This document shows positions 22,030 to 33,790 of a stretch of 58,428 bases of DNA, one piece after another. This DNA is from Asterionella formosa (Eukaryota). Each line of letters begins with the position of its first letter. Position 1 is the stretch's first letter. Position numbers and translations under genes: made by a program. Below the pieces are notes generated by a model. The model ran no database searches, had not been told where the DNA came from, and saw nothing but the letters and a program-made list of their open reading frames with translations. The DNA is taken from positions 1 through 58,428 of the forward strand of contig NKIB01013397.1 in the NCBI GenBank assembly GCA_002256025.1, written 5' to 3'.

Positions 22030-23900
22030 ACTTTGAGGCTGTTAGAAATGACATTGATGGAACATCGATTGACACAGTATTTTACAGAATGATAACTGAA
22101 GCTGTGCGATTCCTTGATCAGTAAATGTTTCTGTAAACCCAAAAACCCCAGATTGGGCGGTTTAAAGAACAGTGGGCGTTTGGTCATTTTATTAAAGCTC
22201 ATATGTGCAAGCAAAGTAGGGAGGTAAGATCGATCTATTTGGTGATATTATTTCATGGTGAATGTCGATGCACATAGCGGATATTTCATAGCTGGTCGCA
22301 GCATATTTTGATATGATATCAGCACTTTGTGGCGGAGGAGTTTGGAGGCTGATATGTTCATACTCATGGTTTTACCTTGCTGAGTAAGTGTCCGAAGTTC
22401 GTCATTATTATTACCCTCTGGGGACAGCATTGCCCCTAACTCTCTTGGTCCTTCCCGTGCATCTTTCTGCGGTATTGTGGTGATGTGTTGGTAGTCATCT
22501 CCTGATTTTAACTGTATTTCGAAATTTATCTCCGATTAACTCTTTAATTTATATTCATCATTTTGAAATGGGTACGAAAAAGCACTTCTCCAATGCTAAA
22601 GCTCTCTCTGTTGTGTACAATAATTGCTCCCAAAATTGAGCTATGCTTTGCATTTCCTTTGTTATCATGTTCAAGTGAGCGTGATCCATGGATAAGATCA
22701 ATTCTGTGTCATCTACATAGGTTTCCGCTGCACAGTGTTGACACCGATTTTTCCGTGAACTACAATTTGTAGGAATTGCCCCTCGGTTTGCCAGCCCTGG
22801 CATTGCCGAAATTGGCAAGGGGTCTACTTGGTAAGGAAACCATTTCATATACTCTACAGATTTTTATAATTTATATCTAGAATTCACCTCGTTTTTGTTC
22901 GTCTCCTGAAAAGTGGACTCCGGCAATTCACCTTTCACCATGCCGATCGTCATCCATCATGACCGGTTTGAAGCGAAATCAGTTCAGCCATGACGCCAGT
23001 AGCGAATGGTTGTCTAACGGATGCGGTTGGTTTTTGGATTGCTTGTCTTCTCGAGAGATTCTTCATGTAGTCGCGTCGTCCATATTTTGTTGGACAAATG
23101 ATGATATCGATACATCTGATGTTGTTGGCAAGTTTTTGCTCCGGTCATGCATGTGATGATGCTTAACGGATATTCTACCAGTATTCATCTAGCCTATAAC
23201 GTACGTCGTACTGAAAACAACCATGCATGGTTTAAGCTAAAATGTAATGCTTACTTTGAGCACCTTATAATTTTCTCTCTGTAGACTCGGTATTATCTTT
23301 ACGAGACCTGAAATGTTGAATTGCTGCCTTTTCATCATTGTTAAATATTATGGCAAATTTTTTGAGAATTCTTATCCCATCGTAAGTTAGCCGCTTCATG
23401 AGAATTGCATGTGTCGATGAACTATTTGGCCTGGATCCCCATTGAAGAGAGTAAATAGTCTTCTGGTCCTCAGCTATATGAATTAGCCTCCTTCCAAAGA
23501 AAACTATTTGTAATACCATATTCAAGTCTGCCTCCAACAGTTGTGTCACTCGCAATTTGTCCAAATGTGATATCCCATTTGTCTTAATAGCCTGGTTCAA
23601 GTCCAAATGTGTGAGATCCACAGTCCCATTAAGCATGGACCTGGAAAAGTCATCAAATTGGAAAGGAGAAACAGATTGTCCAAACTTTCCTTCAACAAAG
23701 GGGATTCACTTGCTTGAGCAAAGTGTATGATGTTTCTTTGAATTAAGTGACTGAAAATCTCTTCTGAATCCGTAATGGTTTGAAACTCTAAGATCTCCCC
23801 TGTCTCATCACACATGGGTTTTTCTAACCGATTAAGGCTTATTCGAATTCCACCCTTTGCGCAAGACCTCCTTCAGCATCATCACCAGTATCATCAAGTT
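22030..23900 (-). mobile_element. Decayed non-LTR retrotransposon (Ambal-like LINE) reverse-transcriptase fragments, interrupted
   Basis: Fragments LDKLRVTQLLEADLN, QWGSRP, IFNNDEKAA, ETYVDD, ALALEKCFF and YQNMLRPAMKYPL in broken frames. Confidence 0.8.
22775..23322 (-). repeat. ~550-bp repeat, inverted copy of 28153-28712, inserted in the LINE
   Basis: Continuous reverse-complement similarity, e.g. AATTCACCTTTCACCATGCCGATCGTC versus GACGATCGGCATGGTGAAAGGTGAATT. Confidence 0.9.
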
Positions 23901-24634
23901 CCCATATAGCATCAGAATATGCCTTGGAGAAGATTAACAGGCAGTGGATATATGCATGCCAGCAAGCTATTTAACATCATCTCATGTATCAGCTAAAGCA
24001 GGTGTACATCCATAATAAATTCTATATCAGTACCAGGTAACTGGTACCTGGTACCGGTTCCAGTAATCCAGCTTTGTACACAGTTTTAGTTGAGCACTAC
24101 GAGTTGTACACTTGCGTTCATTACTGTCGAATAAGGTTGGACAAAAAATGTACAATCCTACCTGTAGTATAGTTTCCTAGTACCTGGTACGCCATGTACA
24201 TACGTTGCGAAAAGAGAGTTAAATATTGCATACAGCTATTTGAATTCCAGAAACTGCAGGAAAGATTGTCGTACCTGGTACCAGAAGGCAAATACATTAC
24301 TACAACAAATCCAAGAGACTTAAAAAGGAAACTGAAATACGTAGACTCGACTTCCTGACATGTACCGGTATTATAATGACATTTATGTCAAATCTATCAT
24401 ACATAGAATACATAATAGTATTGCATCATGACAACGCTGCCACGTCCCCCTACCGGTACCAGGTACGAGCATAAAGGTCCGAGACGAACAACACGACTAC
24501 AAATGCACGTGATCTCTAGAGAAAAGATGGTGTCTGATGCTACTCTATATGGAAATATTTCTGTTGTTCAACAAAACAAAAATTACTGATATTCTCAAAA
24601 ACTTGCCTTAGCATCAAAAAGGTTAATCACGAAA

Positions 24635-25426
24635 ATGACAAGTCCTAAATTGAGAGCTTCAGATCAATCCGATCATTCTCGATCGTTCGGGGACAGAATC
24701 TTGTCTCGCATCGACAGTCTTAATGAAGGCACTCAGTGGAAACCAAATCCGAAGAATAAAATCGAATATCTTGATTGGGAAAACTTAGAAGTTGACCGCC
24801 TCATTGGGAAAGGATCATTTTCGTTGGTTTACACGGTTCGCTTGAAGGAGGGACAACATTTTAATGATCGAGTCTATGCCCTGAAATCGCTTAGACCCCG
24901 GAAAGATGTTATCTCAGAAAAGTTTACCACTGGTATCGTTGATTTGATTCTAGAAGGCACCATTCTATCCAGTCTACACCACCCAAACATTATCAGGCTT
25001 TATGCTGTCAGGAAAGGCGATATTTCTGAAAGTTATGCACTTGAGGGAGGAGGTTGCTTTCTCGTATTGGATCTACTAGATTGTACCCTTGAATCAAGAC
25101 TTGACTCATGGAGAGATCACCGATGTTTCCCATTTCATAACATGACATCCTCCAAGGACATGATAAGTCGTATAGAGAAAGTGGGTCTCGGAATTGCAAG
25201 AGGAATGGAATATTTACATTCTCTAAACATCATTTTCAGAGACTTAAAACCGCATAATATTGGATTTGATGAAAATGATATCGTGAAAATCTTTGACTTC
25301 GGTCTCGCTCGGGAGTTTCACCATAACTTTCCCTCCGAGAATAGGAGAAATGAAGGTACAAGACAGATGACTGGAAATTGTGGAACTCCAAGGTAAGCAA
25401 GATAATAATCAATTTATACTCTTTGT

Positions 25427-25460
<34 letters not shown>

Positions 25461-26268
25461 CAAAGATTTTTATGATACAACTCAACTCTTCGTCGATTAA
25501 TTGCTTGATATCAGATATATGGCCCCTGAAGTTGCTGCAATGCAAGATTATGGGTTAGGGTGCGATGTTTACTCGTTTTCGATTACAATGTGGGAAATCT
25601 GCACTTTAAACAAGGCTTTTGAGGATGTGAAAGATAATCTTGTCTTCCTTGAAGAGGTCGTTAGGGGCAGCAAGAGGCCATCAATCAAGAGCATTTCTTT
25701 ATCAGCAATTGGAGCTCTTCTGGAACAAGGCTGGGATAAAGACCCGAGCAAACGACAATCATTTTCCTCTGTTGTCAAATCACTCGAAGAAGTGATCGAT
25801 ACTACCAGGGCGCCGGTTGCAAAACGGGTGCAACTGCGATCTTCTCCAAACCAGTCAAGTGCGACTACTTCCACCTTTCGAAATCGTTTGAGAGCTACTT
25901 TCAATCGAAGCAGTAGCACATCCGATACTCAGTTGAATGGAGCGTCAAACTTAAGCCGACTCAGCACAACTGATATCCAATGTAATGACGAGTCAGAGGG
26001 GCATTCTTGCCGTACCAGTGATCGACGAAGCTTTCGGATTCTTCGCTCTCGCAAGCAAGACCAAAGTTATATTCCTTCAGATGAATCAATCCCGCACGAA
26101 ATGACAAATGAAACTGCTGTGACAAGATTGATACGTCCTTTGATTCGCCGATTGAGCACCACTGACAATTTGAATAATGGCGAGTCAGAGATTTCTAACC
26201 TTGAGGGAAGGAGCGTTCGGAGTCTTGACTCCTACAAACAAAGGAGTCAGCTTTTGGATCTCAAATGA
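24635..26268 (+). CDS. TKL-like protein kinase, paralog 1; exons 24635-25392 and 25515-26268 (503 aa)
   Basis: [26 protein letters not shown], and GTPR|YMAPE joined by a 122-nt GT-AG intron. Confidence 0.92.
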
Positions 26269-27239
26269 ATCTCAGAATGAATACTCGGCGCGCAAGGCAC
26301 AAGGAACGCACCTCAGTATATGAATCAGGAGTCCCTGTCTTTCTTTCGCCGATTGAGCACAGCTGATATTTACTTGAACGAGTAACACAGATAGTAGGTC
26401 TTCTCGTAACCATGCGGGAGGGAGCGTGCCAAGCCTTGACTAGGCCACGACCAAGTGAGGCAACATGATTCTGCAAGGCAAATGTTAATTGTAAGAAAAT
26501 GGAGATCGCAGAACAAGTTCCTTGATTCTTCTACCCAATTTGTATTATTTGTTTTCATTTTTAACCTTTTAAATTTTGTTTTCATTTTTAACCGTTAAAT
26601 AATATTGCGTTTGCCTTTTACCTCCATTCTTGTTTTACTTTACTGTCCCTATTCTTTACAGACAAAGTCATTTATTTACTGTAACAGTCGCAGATAGTCT
26701 ACAATGAATCCAAATAGACCAGCCTGTTGCCTTTAAGTTTGTTTTTAAGTCCGTGGTGGTCTTAAAAGTCACCACCATGGTCGTTTGAAAGTCACTAGCT
26801 TTGTCGTCTTAATTTTTTTTCAGGGGATTAAATCAAGCAGTCATAAGAAAAACATAGGGATTCATTGACAAACATCATCAAAAAATTTGGTCAGAATAGC
26901 AAAATAAGTTTTAGGTTTAAGGTTGCGGCCCTCGGCTTAACCCTAGTTTGGAGAAAACGTCGCTAGGGTTCTAAAAATGGCATGGAACAGGGAGTTTGCT
27001 GCTATGAGTTCCCATCATTCGAGTATCCCTTTGAATATTTGAATTAAATAGGAGTCGGCGCCAGATAGGCAGAGTTCCATTTTAAACAAACAAAAATGAT
27101 ATTTAAACGTTTATATCTGAGTTGCTGCATGTAGACATAATTTTGTTCCACTCCATAACACATACCGGTATATAAATCAGGAGTATGCCTAAATGTATTC
27201 TAATGATATTTTTAATCCGTTTATACCCGCGTAACGGTG

Positions 27240-27720
27240 TACTGGGGTACCTGGTAGTACTTATTTTACCTACCAGGTACCGGTACATTATTGACGAAAT
27301 TCTACCAAAGTAGTCTTTTTCTGTAGGGCTCCGGTAGTGTTCTACTCTGGACAGGTCAATACTGTCCGGTACCAGGTACCCTGGTACCCCTCCCTTGCTT
27401 GACCGTGGTGAAAATATGGTATAGAGAATGGCAAAAATTCCACGTAGTAGTGCTGGGGGTAGAATTCTTTTTCACATTTTGGTAGAATATTCTACCAACG
27501 GACCGATGGAACCCTGCAGTATGCCATGGTATTGTCCAAGAAATTCTACCAGGGGTACCTGGTACCTCGTACTTGAGCACCGGTAGTGGTACCAGTACCT
27601 GGGTAACTGGTACAGTGCTGGTTCTTGTACCTGGTACCCTGGTACCAGGCATGTGTAGATGGTGAGTACTTTTGGGCACGACTCGTACCTGTACCTGTGT
27701 ACCTGGTGCACTGGCTGTCC
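27240..27720. repeat. Dense cluster of TACC(W)GGTA palindromic motifs
   Basis: Many overlapping GGTACC, TACCAGGTA, TACCTGGTA and TACCGGTA units, plus the 16-bp palindrome GGTAGAATATTCTACC at 27481-27496. Confidence 0.9.
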
Positions 27721-28152
27721 TGAGACAGAGTGTGTGGACCAATGCACTAACCCAAAAACAGTGGGTTTTCTGCTAAGAACTGACAATCCAGCAAATGCTA
27801 AAGAAAGACTTAGACAATTCTGCAAGATGATGTGTATGCAGGAAAATCATGAGTTTTGACAATTGAACAATGGTAAATTGTCAAAACAGGATCTCTAAGT
27901 AATCATTAGCACATACAAGTTGAAATGGATGCTCCTGAGATGATATTCTTTAAATGAGGATCGCACATGCATATCGTGGTGGTCAGCGCTGGGCAGTAAC
28001 AAGCAGCAGACGATGGGATCAAAGAAAGACGAACGTTGCCTATTGCAAGCCCAAATAGAGCAAAGGCAGGTAAGATAGAGTGAGAACTATATTTATGAGG
28101 ACGAAATCGGGCATACGGTAGTACGTAAAATCAATGAATATGTGAACGATAT

Positions 28153-28712
28153 AATTCAACATTTCAGGTCTCGTAAAAATAATACCAAGTCTACAGAGAA
28201 AATATCATTAAGTGTTCGAAGTAAGCGTTAAAGCATAGCTTAAACCATGCATGGTTGTTTTTAGTACCTCGTACGTATGTAGACTAGATGACTGCCGGTA
28301 CCGGTAGAATATCCGTTAAGCATCATTACATAAATGACCGGAGCAAAACTTGCCACCAACATCAGCCAGATGTATCGATATCATCGTTCGTCCGACGAAA
28401 TATGGACGATGCGACCACCGGTACATGAATACCTCGAGAAGACAAGCAATCCAACAACCAACCGCATCCGTTAAACAACGAATCGCTACTGGCGTCATCG
28501 CGGAACTGACTTCGCTTCAAACCGGTCATGATGGACGACGATCGGCATGGTGAAAGGTGAATTGCCGGATTCCACTTTTCAGGAGACGAACGAAAACGAG
28601 GTGAATTCTAGATATAAATTATTAGAATCTGAATAGTATAAAAATTGGTTTCCTTAAGAAGATTCCTTGCCGATTTCGGCAATCACAGGGCTGGAATACC
28701 GAGGGGCAATTG
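28153..28712 (+). repeat. ~550-bp repeat, inverted copy of 22775-23322
   Basis: Reverse-complement similarity along its length. Confidence 0.9.
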
Positions 28713-30605
28713 GCGTCTGCTGTCTTGCCAAAATGCGAACATATGAAATATACAAAATATATTTTAATGATGGGCAATATCGGACCTTTGGCAATTTTCG
28801 AGGTGAAGATAAGAAATATTCAAAATATATTTTATATGCTGATGAGCAAAAGTAGGCTAAAATTGACATTTTTGCTAAATTTGTGGGCAGTAGGTAAGCG
28901 AATGGTACCCTTCTCGGCGGCTACTTGCCTTCTCGTATTCATGTGCACTCACAGGCAAGAGATCACCTCGGGCGTGTATTGCCTTCAGCAAAATATACCT
29001 ACGCAAGACTCTAAGTCTACGAGAACGTTTTTGCATGTACTAATTCTCTTCCAATTTATGGCGACTGTTAAAAAATCCGATCGGGTCGACTTTTTGGAAG
29101 AGGATTGCTCTACATCTACAAACACACCTTACTCGGTACCGAGATTTAAACAGACACTCACGACGCCCATTACACCCATAAGAGTCTAGCAAGGAGTAGC
29201 ACTCACTCATCCTTCTCCTCGACCTTCTCCCTCTCATTCTTCAACACCTGGCCTTACCATACACCCCAGCATGTCTTCCCATCTACCAAGAATCGTCAAC
29301 CTTGCTGGCTTGCCAATTCTCTCAAATGGGGGGGAATGCTGCTGGATCTAGTCTGCACAGATGCTCACAGCACCAACAGAAGTACCATAACATGGGTTTT
29401 TAATCTATTATTTTACTCTCCCAACAACCAAGGACTTCCTTTGCCAGCATGTACAAGAACCCTACACTATGATGAGAGGGAGGCTGTGTTCTTGGATATC
29501 TTTCTTCTTTTCATCAGCCACTTGTCACTGGAACACCGCAGATAGGGGAGATATGTCCCATGGCATCAGAATAGCAGAAAGGAGAGCTTATTGCATCACA
29601 GAAATCAGGCAAATGAATAGATGAGATACTTCTCCATATTTGTTCAAATTTCAGATTGATTCCACAGCAAACCTGGGAAATCTTGTGACAACCACCATAC
29701 ATTGATTAACAGCTTGATTGAAGGGGAGTAGCAGAGAAATATTACAATGTGCCCCAGGTAAGCAAAGTCATTCAATAGTGAACAGGCACAGTATGGTGGA
29801 AATATGTATGACCAACATGTATTTATGTTGAACAACCCATGCATGGATTTATACTGGGCAGCCAACAGCTACCTGGCTGGTATCTGGTACCTGGTACCAG
29901 AAAGCAGTAAAACCAACAGGGGATGAAATTAATCATGGCACACAATAGTAGAATATTATTTGGTAAATAGTTTCTCTGTGTCCGGCGGCATATGGTATCG
30001 TCGTGATTGTCTCAACAGGTGTTTTATATTTTGCTTGCTATCATGTACAGTTATATTGTTTGATTACCAGGTACCTTTATATACTGTAAACGGTCTGCAT
30101 GTTCGGACAAATATTCGCAATATTCGGACTTTCCCGGAACTCCCTGACATATTTACCGCATTTATGTCATCTCTAGACTACATACAGTATTGCACCTCGA
30201 CTTCCTGACATGTTTTATGACATATATGTCAAGTATAGACTACATGCAATATTGCATCATGTTAACAACTCTGCCACATCGCCCCTGTTTCCATCATGTG
30301 GTATCCGTCATTCAAATGTACCCAAACTGCTTCTAGATGCTATATACTATAAGGAAGCATCAACAGCTGCTACTTAAATAATTATCAGAACTCAAATCGA
30401 AGAACAACACGTATGTAAGCCACAAATATGTAAGGAGAAAGGAAGGAATTAAAAGTAATATCAAGCCTTTAATGTATTGCCGAATTAAAAAGGGCCTTGA
30501 CATTTTTATTAGAACCTGATAACTGTTAAATACCTGGTACCGTATTTCTGTTATTCAACAAAAAAACAGAAATTACTGATTTTCAAAAAAAGGTTAATCA
30601 CGAAA

Positions 30606-31400
30606 ATGACAAGTCCTAAATTGAGAGCGTCAGATCAATCCGTTCATTCTCGATCGGTCGGGGACAGAGTCTTGTCTCGCGTCGACAGTCTGAAGGAAGG
30701 CACTCCATGGAAACCAAATCCGAAGAATAAAATCGAATATCTTGATTGGGAAAACTTAGAAATTGACCGCCTCATTGGGAAAGGATCATTTTCGTTTATT
30801 TACAAGGTTTTGTTGAAGGAGGGACTACATTATAATGATCGAGTCTATGCCCTGAAATCGCTTAGACCCCGGAAAGATGTAAGCTCAGAAAATTGTACCA
30901 CTGGTATCGTTGATTTGATTCTAGAAGGCACCATTCTAGCCAGCCTACACCACCCAAACATTATCAGGCTTTATGCTGTCAGGAAAGGGGATAAATCTGA
31001 TAGTTCTGCATTTGAAGAGAAAGATCACTTTCTCGTATTGGATCTACTAGATTGTACCCTTGAATCAAGACTTGACTCATGGAGAGATCAACGAGGATGT
31101 TTCCCATTTCATAACATGACATCCTCCAAGGACATGATAAGTCGTATAGAGAAAGTGGGTCTCGGAATTGCAAGAGGAATGGAATATTTACATTCACTGA
31201 ACATCATTTTCAGAGACTTAAAACCGCATAATATTGGATTTGATGAAAATGATATCTTGAAAATCTTTGACTTCGGTCTCGCTCGGGAGTTTCACCATAA
31301 CTTTCCCTCCGAGAATAGGAGAAATGAAGGTACAAGACAGATGACTGGAAATTGTGGAACTCCAAGGTAAGCAAGATAATAATCAATTTATACTCTTTGT

Positions 31401-31434
<34 letters not shown>

Positions 31435-32245
31435 CAAAGATTTTTATGATACAACTCAACTCTTCGTCGATTAATTGCTTGATATCAGATATATGGCCCC
31501 TGAAGTTGCTGCAATGCAAGATTATGGGTTAGGGTGCGATGTTTACTCGTTTTCGATTACAATGTGGGAAATCTGCACTTTAAACAAGGCTTTTGAGGAT
31601 GTGAAAGATAATCTTGTCTTCCTTGAAGAGGTCGTTAGGGGCAGCAAGAGGCCATCAATCAAGAGCATTTCCTTGTCAGCGATTGGAGCTCTTCTGGAAC
31701 AAGGCTGGGATGAAGACCCGAGCAAACGACAATCATTTTCCTCTGTTGTCAAATCACTCGAAGAAGTGATCGATACTACCAGGGCGACGGTTGCCAAACG
31801 GGTGCAACTGCGATCTTCTCCAAACCAGTCAAGTGCGACTACTTCCACCTTTCGAAATCGTTTGAGAGCTACTTTCATTCGAAGCAGTGGCACATCCGAT
31901 ATTCAGTTGAATGGAGCGTCAAACTTAAACCGACTCAGCACAACTGATATTCAATGTAATGACGAGTCAGAGGAGAATTCTTGCTGTACCAGTGATCGAC
32001 GAAGCTTTCGGATTCTTCGCTCTCGCAAGCAAGACCAAAGTTATACTCCTTCAAATGAATCAATCCCGCACGAAATGACAAAAGGAACTACTGTGACAAG
32101 ATTGATACGTCCATTGATGCGCCGATTGAGCACCACCGACCATTTGTATAATGACGAGTCAGAGAGGTCTAACCGTGAGGAGGGAAAGAGCGTTCGGGGT
32201 CTTGACTCCAACAAACAAAGGAGTCAGCTTTTGGATCTCAAATGA
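30606..32245 (+). CDS. TKL-like protein kinase, paralog 2; exons 30606-31366 and 31489-32245 (505 aa)
   Basis: Same motifs and intron as paralog 1. Duplicated unit spans about 30196-32490 versus 24345-26510. Confidence 0.92.
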
Positions 32246-33149
32246 ATCTCAGAATGAATACTCCGCGCGCAACGCACAAGGAACGCACCTCGGTGATATG
32301 AATCAGGAGTCCCTGTCTTTCTTTCGCCGATTGAGCACAGCTGGTATTCACTCGAACGAGCAACACAGATAGTCGGTCTCCTGACAACCACGCGGGAGGT
32401 AGCGCGCCAAGCCTTGACTAGGCCGAGACCAAGCGAGGTAACATGATTCTGCAAGGCAAATGTTAATTGTAAGAAAATGAAGATCACAGCATTAATCCTA
32501 GACATTGAACGATTTTGTTAAATAATTCTTTTAGCTTTTCTGGATACTCTTCTTTGCAGAAGTGACCTTGGGTGCTACGTAGCAGATTACTTTCGCAATG
32601 ACTTCATCCATAGCTAGTTTATCAATATAGATCAGAAATTGTAGACACCATCATTGACCCCTTGCCTTAATTCTCTCTTGCAATATCCGCCTTTATCTTA
32701 TCATCTAGAAATGCCTTCACGTTGATCACTTTCTCTTTTTCAATACCTAGATTTATAGAGGCAGCAGTCCGAAATATTTTCATAGCAGAGTTCTTCTCAT
32801 AGGACTTTCCAATGTTGGTCATACCCATGCTGGTTGTTGTTCTTGCATGAATGGCCGTTGCTCGATTGATTTGGTAATTGCGATTGATGCAGGCCTTCAC
32901 AGTTTGCATTTTACATATCGCAGCCTTGTGCATCCTTTCGCAAAGAATCTCGTGACACCTCTTGGGCCATTGCAACAGATAGTGGCCGCGTCTTAGGGTA
33001 GCCGGAATATGGCTGGGTGCACGCTTGTGACCTTGGACTCGATCGGGTAGCCACCATAGATCTAGTATGCGACTTTTTTACCTGTGCGTAGTCTAACTGA
33101 AAAAATTTCTATATTATGATATACAGCTATATACCCGGTGGTAGGTAAA

Positions 33150-33790
33150 AGGATTGATGCAACAGGACACTCAAGACCATCAATCATCACACTCCGAACG
33201 AACTTGTAGTCAAAGTCAAAGGCACATCGATGTGTCTTGAACTCATTGATGAGCCGTGTTAAGGCAACAGGGCCATATTTGGAATAGCCTTGCTTATTGA
33301 GTCTGTTGGTGATCTTTAGCAGGAGAATCAATGGCATGGTAAGCCATTAGGTACTGACGAGCTCACCATGCAAACTTTCATATTCTTCAAACTGTTATAA
33401 TTTTCTCTGAAAGACAATGGCGCACACTTGTATTGAAGTTTTCCTTCCCTTTTTTCTCTTTCAAGCTCAAATTTCGGTATGCACCTATGGAACAAGCAAA
33501 CATGTACTCTATCCCTTCCCCTGCAAGTTCAGCAGGACATTTTGGTGTCAGGAGGACCGTGATGCCAATCTTGGTTGCAATATATTGCAGCATTTTCCCT
33601 CTTCATTTAAAAAGTAAGCACAAATTCCCATTATGTGTCTCAAGCTGTTGACATTGTTGAAAAGTCTGAGTTCTCTCCTCCCTGTAAGCAAGTGTATAAT
33701 ATTTATTTAGGTAGGTGCTGTCAATGAATCCTCATTCCCAAAGAACTTGCAGCAAACTCTTCACTCTTATTCATTGCTCCCCCTCTTTCG
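33150..33790 (-). mobile_element. Decayed Tc1/IS630-like DDE transposase remnant
   Basis: Fragments LLQVLWE*GFID, LLTPKCPAELAGEGIEY and FKTHRCAFDFD in broken frames. Confidence 0.65.

Noticed and set aside
27356..27859. ORFs rich in VPGTR/YQV peptides, or a CRISPR-like array
   Set aside because: They are translations of the palindromic motif cluster; there is no constant repeat-spacer period and no cas gene.
28835..28865. Hammerhead-like CTGATGAG core
   Set aside because: No GAAA after stem II and no convincing flanking stems.
29000..29870. Possible LINE ORF2 C-terminal remnant on the minus strand
   Set aside because: Only one weak motif (LRELASQQG*RFLVDGK); too degraded to call.
32975..33065. 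GC-rich patch resembling an HDV-like ribozyme
   Set aside because: I could not build the nested double pseudoknot.
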